Below, piece by piece: positions 33,569-40,655 of a stretch of DNA of 40,655 nucleotides. The stretch covers positions 1 to 40,655 of the forward strand of contig CALMGJ010000005.1 of NCBI GenBank assembly GCA_937863565.1. The letters are read 5' to 3'. The first letter of the stretch is position 1. The number at the start of each line of letters is the position of its first letter. A program made the position numbers and the translations under genes. This stretch comes from an uncultured bacterium (GTDB lineage: Bacteria; AUK180). Under the pieces are notes generated by a model, which worked only from the letters and a program-made list of their open reading frames with translations, was not told the origin of the DNA and made no database searches.

Positions 33569-34521
33569 TGAGCCATGAACAGAAGTTCTGTTTTCTCCGC
33601 CTTGCCCGAAGTGACGTCCCCGAGGCGTTGGTCCATTTCCTCGAAGAAGACCTGGAACTTGTTCTTTCTAGGTTCACCGGTCACTTTGACGGGAACACCG
33701 AGTTCTTTTTCCGCGTATTTTTTCATATCTTCCATCACGCCTATCCTGTCGGCAAGACCGATCTCAACGGCATCCTTTCCTAAAATGATCTGCCCCTGAG
33801 TATATTCCTTCAGATAGTTCTTCACATCCTCGTCGGTCTTGATCTTTTCCGGGAATTTCGCTTTGATCTTTTCTTTCCTTCCTTCGAAGACTACATTGAA
33901 GAAAATATCGAAGGTCTTCGAAACAAGCCCTTCTATGAATTTTTTCTCTTCATCGGTCATTGCTCTGGCAGGATTCCCTATATCTTTGTATTTTCCGCTT
34001 TTGAAAACGACCATGTCCACTTTCACGAACTTGTACAGTTCTTTGAGGTTCATCATGCTCATGATCACGCCTACGGAACCGGTCAGCGTACTTTCAGTCG
34101 TGAAGATCTCATCCGCCGCCGAGGCAAGGAAATACCCGCCGGAGGCGCAAAGAGCCCCCATGCAGACATAGATCTTCTTCCCTTTTTCCTTAGCGTGAAG
34201 AAGCGCCCGGTAGATCTCTTCGGTAGCGCCCACGCCGCCGCCGGGTGTGTTGATGTAAAGGAAAATAGCCTTGATATTCTCTTTTTCGGCGAGTCTGTTG
34301 ATGTTCTTGACCTTGTCCTTCGAAACCGCGATGGGACCTTCGATCTCGATCAGGCCGACATTGGCTCCTATGAGGTCCTTATCCGAGGACATGGAGAACT
34401 TGCCTCCGGATGAGACTTTCCCCAGCGAAACGAAAGAGATCGATGTTATCGCGCAGATCAGCACAAAGAAAAGCAGGAACATGCCCACGATGATGGGCGC
34501 GCTGTCTCTTCTGTCATTCAT
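33565..34521 (-). CDS. sppA: Signal peptide peptidase SppA (S49, 36K type)
   Basis: INTPGG, CASGGY (catalytic Ser), TGSVGVI, KSGKYKD (Lys) and GLADRIG. Confidence 0.95.
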   Translation of the reverse strand: MNDRRDSAPIIVGMFLLFFVLICAITSISFVSLGKVSSGGKFSMSSDKDLIGANVGLIEIEGPIAVSKDKVKNINRLAEKENIKAIFLYINTPGGGVGATEEIYRALLHAKEKGKKIYVCMGALCASGGYFLASAADEIFTTESTLTGSVGVIMSMMNLKELYKFVKVDMVVFKSGKYKDIGNPARAMTDEEKKFIEGLVSKTFDIFFNVVFEGRKEKIKAKFPEKIKTDEDVKNYLKEYTQGQIILGKDAVEIGLADRIGVMEDMKKYAEKELGVPVKVTGEPRKNKFQVFFEEMDQRLGDVTSGKAEKTELLFMAQ

Positions 34522-34522
34522 T

Positions 34523-35509
34523 CTATATCTCCTTTAATATGTCCTTCCACCAGGACTTGTTATTCTTGTACCATTCTATCGTTTCCTTAAGGCCCCGGGA
34601 AAGAGGGACCTCCTTTCTCCATCCGAGCGCTCTTACTTTCCCGCATGAGATCGAGTATCTGAGATCGTGTCCCGGACGGTCCTTTACAAAGGAAATCCGC
34701 TCTTTTCCCAGACCGAGAGCGGACAGTATTGCTCCCAGAAGCTCGATGTTCGTGCGCTCGTCGGCGCCGCCGATATTGTAGATCTCTCCGGGCCGGCCTT
34801 TTTTCAAGACCGTCATTATGCCTCTTACGAAGTCCTCCACATAGATCCAGTCCCTGATATTCTTCCCGGCAGCGTAGAGAAGGGCGTTCTTCCCGCTGAG
34901 CAGGCGGACCACATTGCGCGGAATGAATTTTTCCGGGTACTGGAACGGTCCGTAATTATTCGAGCCCCTGATAACGAGGACCGGCATTCCGTAAGTAACA
35001 TGATATGAATGCGCTATCCGTTCTCCGCCGAGCTTGGACGCTGAATAAGGGCTTGAAGGGCACACCGGGGAATTCTCGCGGAAACTTCCCTTTTCGATAC
35101 TTCCGTACACTTCGTCCGTTGATATCTGTATGAATTTCTTCAGATGCTTATTGTCCCTGTTCGCTTCAAGAAGATTGAATACGCCCATGATATCCGTTTC
35201 AAGAAAAGGCCGCGGATCCTTTATGGAACGGTCAACGTGCGTCTGCGCGGCAAAATTGATCACCGTATCCGGCTTTATCATGGCGAACACTCTTTTCATC
35301 GCCATTTCATCCGTTATATCTTCTTTAATGAAATGATACCGCGGAGAATCCCTGAAATCAAGCGTATTCTCTATCCTTCCGCAGTAAGAGAGATTGTCGA
35401 TATTATAGACCTCTCCGGTGCGTGTATGACGTAAATAGAATCTGATGAAATTCGAGCCGATAAAGCCCGCGCCGCCCGTTACTGCGATGATGTTCTTTCT
35501 ATTCGGCAT
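34523..35509 (-). CDS. rfbB: dTDP-glucose 4,6-dehydratase
   Basis: VTGGAGFIGSNF, FAAQTHVDRSI, STDEVYG, YSASK, NNYGPFQYPEKFIP and DRPGHDLRY. Confidence 0.95.
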   Translation of the reverse strand: MPNRKNIIAVTGGAGFIGSNFIRFYLRHTRTGEVYNIDNLSYCGRIENTLDFRDSPRYHFIKEDITDEMAMKRVFAMIKPDTVINFAAQTHVDRSIKDPRPFLETDIMGVFNLLEANRDNKHLKKFIQISTDEVYGSIEKGSFRENSPVCPSSPYSASKLGGERIAHSYHVTYGMPVLVIRGSNNYGPFQYPEKFIPRNVVRLLSGKNALLYAAGKNIRDWIYVEDFVRGIMTVLKKGRPGEIYNIGGADERTNIELLGAILSALGLGKERISFVKDRPGHDLRYSISCGKVRALGWRKEVPLSRGLKETIEWYKNNKSWWKDILKEI

Positions 35510-36017
35510 GGTCCAGGAATCCCTTCGCATATGCGGCATAGTGCTCCGCGGACCCGAGAAGTTTCTCTTTCTCTTCGGGCGTGATCTCCCTGATCACTTT
35601 CGCCGGAGAGCCCACGGCAAGGGAATTCGGGGGTATCACTTGGCCTTCTTTGACGAGCGAGTTCGCTCCAATAATGGAGAAGGCGCCGATAACGGCCCTT
35701 GAAAGCACTGTTGCCCCCATGCCTATCAGGCAGCCCTCTTCAATAACGCAGGCATGAAGTACGGCCCCGTGGCCTACCGTTACATTCCTTCCGATCACCA
35801 GATTATGCGGCGGATTATCCACATGAAGCACGGAATTGTCCTGTATGTTCGTATTGTCGCCGATAACGATGCTGTTGATATCAGCTCTTACAACGGCATT
35901 AAACCATATACTTGCATTGTCGCCGATAACCGCTTCTCCTATCACGAAGGCGCCCGGGGCGATGAAAACATTTTTACCGATCTCGGGTTTTTTCCCCTTG
36001 TATTCAATAATGCTCAC
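35499..36017 (-). CDS. Gamma carbonic anhydrase family protein (YrdA/PaaY-like)
   Basis: Hexapeptide repeats, RADINSI, NIQDNSVLH and TVGHGAVLHAC (three Zn-binding His). Confidence 0.93.
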   Translation of the reverse strand: MSIIEYKGKKPEIGKNVFIAPGAFVIGEAVIGDNASIWFNAVVRADINSIVIGDNTNIQDNSVLHVDNPPHNLVIGRNVTVGHGAVLHACVIEEGCLIGMGATVLSRAVIGAFSIIGANSLVKEGQVIPPNSLAVGSPAKVIREITPEEKEKLLGSAEHYAAYAKGFLDHAE

Positions 36018-36460
36018 TTCTCCTCCTGAAGTTTCTTTATTATGTCGTTTGAATGCCGAAGCCTGGTGAGAAGGGTCTTGATTATGTTCTCATAGAATTT
36101 TTTCGATATCTCGGGATTTTCCTTCGCGAATTTATCGAAGGAGATCTTTCTGATGATGTAGAAACTGGTCGGTCGAGTCGCGCTTACGGACGCAGAATGC
36201 AGTTTACCGTCAAGAAAGCTCATCTCCCCGAAAAAATCCCCATTCCCGAGGCGGACCACTTCATATTTGATGCCGCCCGTGTCCAGATTGATGGCCACTT
36301 CTCCTTCATGAATGATGAAGAGGCTTCTTGTTACCTGGCCCTCTTCGAGGATGATCTCGTTATCCTTGACTTCTTCGCGTGAACAGATGGAAAGGAACTT
36401 GTTCTTCTCCTCATCCGTAAAATCGGAAAAAATATGTACCCTGCTCTCTCCGAAAATCAT
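36014..36460 (-). CDS. Stand-alone cyclic-nucleotide-binding domain protein
   Basis: IFSDFT, IILEEG, LFIIHEGEV and GDFFGEMSFLDG; no HTH. Confidence 0.9.
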   Translation of the reverse strand: MIFGESRVHIFSDFTDEEKNKFLSICSREEVKDNEIILEEGQVTRSLFIIHEGEVAINLDTGGIKYEVVRLGNGDFFGEMSFLDGKLHSASVSATRPTSFYIIRKISFDKFAKENPEISKKFYENIIKTLLTRLRHSNDIIKKLQEEK

Positions 36461-37320
36461 CTCGTACCTCCGATATTTAGATCAAAACTCACAAAATTGC
36501 TGAAGCCGGAGAATCCTCTTTCTATCTGAGCTGAATAATGAACTTTCACATCTTTAATGAAGAAGGATACCCCTGCGGTGATATTCAAGCCGTTAGAGCC
36601 GATGCCCGCGGAGAATTTTTCCGTGAAGGCGTAATCCGCTCCAAAACGGTAGTTCAGTTCAAAAGCAGGATCGGATTGAACGACGGCGGCGAGACGGAGT
36701 TTTTTGCCGATCGCTTTCTCTGCGGAAAGTCCGAAAACGAAAGGATAAGACTCTTCCGCATCATCCCAGAAAACCGCTTGCACGATATTGTCCGCGAAAA
36801 CGCCTATTGAGAACGATCTTAAAAACGCGCTCAGAACGAGTTTCAGTCCGTACCCGTACCCCTGCATCGTATAATTGTCCTCGGTGAAATATTTGAATAG
36901 GAACCCTCCCGTAACGGGCGCGCGGCCGAACCTGTAAGAGAACCCCCCGAAGAACATCATTCTCTGAACGGAGAAATCCCCGAGCTTATCGCCAAAAGCG
37001 TTCGTTTCAGTGAATCCGCCTATACTGCCGTAGGTGAAACCCCCGAGAAGCGAAACGTTCTTCTGAAGCCTATAGCATCCGTTAAGATGGAAATATGTCC
37101 TGCCGAACGCCAGAAGACCGCTGGAAAACGATGCTCCGCTCCCTTTCAGAAGAGCGGTCACCGACGGATTGTAGAGGCAGTTCCCGATCGATCTCTCCAT
37201 CAGAAAAGCCCCGCCGCGGCCGGCGATGTACGAATGCATCGGATAGTTCATCCAGTCGTACGTTTCCGCTGACATAAGGGCACTGAATATCGCGATCAAG
37301 AATATAATGCTTCTTTTCAT
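36457..37320 (-). CDS. PorV/PorQ-family outer-membrane beta-barrel
   Basis: Signal peptide, GRGGAF...LYNPS motif, ETNAFGDKLGDFS and amphipathic strands to the C-terminus; 287 aa. Confidence 0.75.
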   Translation of the reverse strand: MKRSIIFLIAIFSALMSAETYDWMNYPMHSYIAGRGGAFLMERSIGNCLYNPSVTALLKGSGASFSSGLLAFGRTYFHLNGCYRLQKNVSLLGGFTYGSIGGFTETNAFGDKLGDFSVQRMMFFGGFSYRFGRAPVTGGFLFKYFTEDNYTMQGYGYGLKLVLSAFLRSFSIGVFADNIVQAVFWDDAEESYPFVFGLSAEKAIGKKLRLAAVVQSDPAFELNYRFGADYAFTEKFSAGIGSNGLNITAGVSFFIKDVKVHYSAQIERGFSGFSNFVSFDLNIGGTR

Positions 37321-38732
37321 TTTGATTTAAGCCCCCTGATCACGGACTTGCCTTCGGGAGTGGAAAGAAGGAAGTAATAGATACCGTACTTGTGATCACC
37401 GGATTGCCAGGAAAAGAAGACCTTATTATCCGCGACCACTTCGCTTGTGACCGTATGAAGTTCTTCCATAAATTCATTGTAGACGGTCATCTTGACCGGG
37501 CCGGATTTTTTCGAAAGATATACGATACTCACATTTTCCTCGAACGGATTCGGGAAACAATATCCTTTCTTCACTCCGGCGTCAACATCCTTCAGGACGG
37601 ACAGGATCGCATTCAGCACATTCAGGCGGCCCCACCCGGTCTCTTTGTCATATCCGGGATCGTCCATATCTACAGCAGTGTATTTCAAAAGGTCTTCCAC
37701 GGCAGATGGAGACGTTATTCCCAAAGAGATTAGAAGCGCACAGGCCCCGGAAACGTGAGGACAGGCCATCGATGTCCCGGACATGAAGGCATAGTAGAAT
37801 TCTCCGCCCGGATCATATATCGTTGAAAGTATCCATTCGGTAAATTCTCCGTCGCCGCCGGGGGCAACAAGGTCTATGCCATCGCCCGTATTCGAATAAG
37901 AGGCCTTTTCGTCATTTATCGTAGATGCGCCGACGGCGATCACGCCCTCGTATTTTGCCGGATACATAACGCTAGGATACCCGTCATTCCCCGTTGCCGC
38001 GACAAGAACGCAGCCTTTTGCATAAGCGTATGCGCAGGCATCTTCGAGCAAGGAAGTGTAATCATAGCCGCCCAGGCTCATAGAGATCACGTCCGCCCCA
38101 TTATCCGCCGCCCAGACGATTCCGTCGGCGACCCAGGAATCGGACCCTTCGCCGGAAGAGTTGAGTACTTTAACGGCCATGAGCGAAACGAGTGGAGCCA
38201 CGCCGGCAACGCCGAGGGCATTGTTCGTATTCGCGCCTACGATCCCGGCGCAGTGTGTTCCGTGAGAATGGCCGTCACTGTAGTCACCCGAGCTCCCTTC
38301 ATCAGTAAAATTCCTGCCGGAGATGACCTTCCCCGAAAGATCGGGATGACCGGAGTATATCCCCGTATCGACAATGGCTACCACGACAGAAGCATCGCCC
38401 GCGGTGAGTTCGGTGTACGATTCGATGCCGATCTGCTTCATATTCCACTGGTATGTCCCGTAATATGTATCATCCGGCACATAAAGGGCTTTCTTAACGG
38501 CATCTTTTTCAATGAGATACCCGGGATATCTTTCCCTCAAACGCTCAAATACGGAGCAGGTGGATTTCATTTCCGGGAACTCGACCACATGATATCCGAG
38601 TATCTTCTTTACCGTGCGGCCTTCAAAAGGGGCGATCATATTGCCGATAGCTCCGTCCGGAGCCTTGATGATCAGACGTTCGGAAAAAATGAACGCGGCC
38701 AAAAAAAACAGAAGGAATAAGAATTTCTTCAT
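37317..38732 (-). CDS. S8 subtilisin-like serine protease with a T9SS type-A/FlgD-like C-terminal domain
   Basis: Signal peptide and propeptide; catalytic triad VDTG, HGTHCAG and GTSMACPHV; tail YCFPNPF...VKMTVYN...W...GIYYFLL. Confidence 0.93.
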   Translation of the reverse strand: MKKFLFLLFFLAAFIFSERLIIKAPDGAIGNMIAPFEGRTVKKILGYHVVEFPEMKSTCSVFERLRERYPGYLIEKDAVKKALYVPDDTYYGTYQWNMKQIGIESYTELTAGDASVVVAIVDTGIYSGHPDLSGKVISGRNFTDEGSSGDYSDGHSHGTHCAGIVGANTNNALGVAGVAPLVSLMAVKVLNSSGEGSDSWVADGIVWAADNGADVISMSLGGYDYTSLLEDACAYAYAKGCVLVAATGNDGYPSVMYPAKYEGVIAVGASTINDEKASYSNTGDGIDLVAPGGDGEFTEWILSTIYDPGGEFYYAFMSGTSMACPHVSGACALLISLGITSPSAVEDLLKYTAVDMDDPGYDKETGWGRLNVLNAILSVLKDVDAGVKKGYCFPNPFEENVSIVYLSKKSGPVKMTVYNEFMEELHTVTSEVVADNKVFFSWQSGDHKYGIYYFLLSTPEGKSVIRGLKSK

Positions 38733-38748
38733 GCAAGCCTCATGATCA

Positions 38749-38757
38749 ATTATACCA
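38749..38757 (-). promoter_or_regulatory. Extended -10 promoter upstream of the S8 protease
   Basis: TGGTATAAT on the minus strand 16 nt before the ATG; -35 is poor. Confidence 0.55.
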
Positions 38758-38842
38758 TAATTTATGAAAAACCGAAATTTTTTCGCTTCAGAATGCCGCG
38801 CCGATCTATTTCTGCCGGTATATTACGGAAAAGAAAAACGTT

Positions 38843-39253
38843 TCAGAGCTCCCATTTCTTGAGACCTGAGCTTGAAGGCTTCTTCATGAAATCCTCGCCC
38901 GTAATGAACAGAACGATCTCGTTCATAACGGCAACGCGCGCAGCGAAAAGGTGGCCTCCGGCAACGTTGTGATCGGGACCGCCCAGAACCGCATGGACAT
39001 GTATCTCAGGATTGGGTTCCCCCTTGACTATATTTCCGGTAAGGGAAAGAAGTTCCCATCTTCCCTTGAATACTTTTTTCTCATATCCGTTGCCGGTAAA
39101 ATACCCCAACTCGGGATCTTCGAGCATCCCCATTCCCATTATGATCACGAGATTTGAACCTGCAATCCCGTACAGCTCTTCAAGATTTTTAAAGGGATCT
39201 TCCCCTTCATCGAAAAGTGCGTAGATCCTTTCATTTCTCTTTCTATATTTCAA
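38843..39253 (-). CDS. PPC-domain (DUF296) protein
   Basis: GMGML, ELLSLTGNI, HVHAVLG and GGHL. Confidence 0.92.
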   Translation of the reverse strand: MKYRKRNERIYALFDEGEDPFKNLEELYGIAGSNLVIIMGMGMLEDPELGYFTGNGYEKKVFKGRWELLSLTGNIVKGEPNPEIHVHAVLGGPDHNVAGGHLFAARVAVMNEIVLFITGEDFMKKPSSSGLKKWEL

Positions 39254-40428
39254 GACAGATCCCTTACCATACGATCCAATCCTTTGCCGGCAGGATCCAA
39301 CGTTATGCTTTTAAAACTATTATGCGATAAAGTGAACGCAATATCCTTAAGCCCGTTCCCGGTGACGAGCACAATGCTTCTTCCCTTTTCGCGCGATCTT
39401 TTATACCCCGCATATGCCGCAGCCGCGGCCGGCTCCGCGTATATGCCTTCTTTCAAGGCCAGTTCTCCCTGAGCGGCGGCGATCTCTGAATCGGTTACGG
39501 TGAGAAAATACCCTCCGGAATCCCGCGCGGCCCGGAGCGCCTTATGAGGATCCCTCGGATTCCCTACGGAGATGCTGTCGGCAAGGGTTCTTGAAATGAC
39601 CGGCTTTATATCATCGCTCCCCTTTTTGAAAGCGGTGGCGATAGGTGACGCGCCGGAAGCCTGGACTCCGATGACCCTCGGTATTTTTTTTATGGCGCCG
39701 ATCTTCTTCAATTCCCAGAAACCTTTATAGACCGCGCCGATGATGCAACCGTCCCCTACGCTTACGAAAACGTTATCGATCTTCCCTATATCCGTCTGTA
39801 CGTGCATTTCAAAGGAAACCGTTTTTTTACCTTCGGTCATGAAGGGATTTATCCCCGTATTCCTGAGGTAATACCCGCTTTTCCGGGAAAAGGCGGTCGC
39901 AATATCGAAGGCCTCGTCATATGTGCCCTTGATCTTGACAAGACGGCTTCCATGTATCAGTATCTGAGCCAGTTTCGCCGGGGGGGCGTTTTCGGGTACG
40001 AATATTACGCATTTGAGGCCGGCAAGCGCTGAAAGAGCGGCAAGCGACGCGGCGGCATTGCCTGTTGATGCAGTAGTAACGCCTTTCTTCCCGAGTTCAA
40101 TGCACTTCATTATTGCTATGGCCGAAGCACGGTCTTTAAAAGAAAGAGAGGGATTGCGTGTATCATCTTTGAATAAAAGGCCTTCGGTGTTCCGGCTTTC
40201 GATAAGAGGAGTGCCGCCGATCACGGTCCTGAGCGCCGACGGGTCGGCGGAAACCGGCAAAAGTTCCCCGAAAGTCCACATGGAAAGGTTTTTCTTCTTT
40301 GAGAGGCTTATCCTGTCATAGTTGTACATAACGTCGAGGTTCGATCCGCAGGAAGGACAGAGCATCATCTGCTTTTTACCGTCCTTTTCCGTGAACCCGC
40401 ATTTGACGCAACGGAAATAGTATTTCAT
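39250..40428 (-). CDS. thrC: Threonine synthase (fold-type II PLP enzyme with an N-terminal zinc ribbon)
   Basis: CVKC...CPSC, GGTPL, NPSLSFKDR (PLP Lys), ASTGNAAASL, EGKKT, SVGDG, AEPAAAA and TGNGLKD. Confidence 0.88.
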   Translation of the reverse strand: MKYYFRCVKCGFTEKDGKKQMMLCPSCGSNLDVMYNYDRISLSKKKNLSMWTFGELLPVSADPSALRTVIGGTPLIESRNTEGLLFKDDTRNPSLSFKDRASAIAIMKCIELGKKGVTTASTGNAAASLAALSALAGLKCVIFVPENAPPAKLAQILIHGSRLVKIKGTYDEAFDIATAFSRKSGYYLRNTGINPFMTEGKKTVSFEMHVQTDIGKIDNVFVSVGDGCIIGAVYKGFWELKKIGAIKKIPRVIGVQASGASPIATAFKKGSDDIKPVISRTLADSISVGNPRDPHKALRAARDSGGYFLTVTDSEIAAAQGELALKEGIYAEPAAAAAYAGYKRSREKGRSIVLVTGNGLKDIAFTLSHNSFKSITLDPAGKGLDRMVRDLS

Positions 40429-40655
40429 AGTATTTTCAAAAAACCGCGCAGATTGAAGATCAGAATACGGCTTTTCGCTATTTCCAGAGCCTTAAGCACT
40501 GCCTCTCTGGCTGCTTTCCTGTTGCCGCTTTTATAATAGGCTTTTGCTGTTTTATACAGGGCATAATCTTCCGGGGCGCCTTTTTCCACAGACCGTTTAT
40601 ACGCTTTTATCGCTCCGCGGAAATCTCCCGTATAGAAGAGAATATCCCCTTTCAC
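40425..40655 (-). CDS. TPR-containing protein, C-terminal part (probably 5' partial)
   Basis: GDILFYTGDFRGAIKAY and ALYKTAKAYYKSGNRKAAREAV TPR helices; the frame is open to the window edge. Confidence 0.7.
   Translation of the reverse strand: MKGDILFYTGDFRGAIKAYKRSVEKGAPEDYALYKTAKAYYKSGNRKAAREAVLKALEIAKSRILIFNLRGFLKIL

Overview
40.6 kb of gene-dense chromosomal DNA from a diderm bacterium. PorV-like barrels and a T9SS-type C-terminal domain suggest an FCB-related or candidate-phylum lineage, but this is inference only. Almost all genes are on the minus strand. From left to right: (i) a type IVa pilus locus in the non-canonical order pilA-pilD / pilM-pilN-pilQ-pilO-pilP, followed by a partial exported protein with PEVK-like EEPVK repeats; (ii) a divergent orphan gene behind a sigma54-type promoter; (iii) a complete V/A-type ATPase operon, led by a 57-aa membrane protein missing from the ORF track and continuing into Usp, PTS EIIA, birA, an atypical coaX and a 965-aa TPR protein; (iv) a ~260-nt intergenic element of nested, inverted 7-mer and 8-mer tandem repeats; (v) pepT, radical SAM, GT4 and a lipoprotein; (vi) a FadL/PorV-like outer-membrane barrel divergent from a plus-strand cassette of TolC, MFP, MacB-type permease (no ATPase), PaaK-like ligase and GNAT; (vii) a housekeeping run with thrC, DUF296, an S8 protease with a T9SS-like CTD, a PorV-like gene, a cNMP-binding protein, gamma-CA, rfbB, sppA, a lipoprotein and rlmD. 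No rRNA, tRNA, CRISPR array, integrase or transposase was recognised. The best candidates for undescribed biology are the nested repeat element, the ligase/GNAT/exporter cassette and the rearranged T4P locus.
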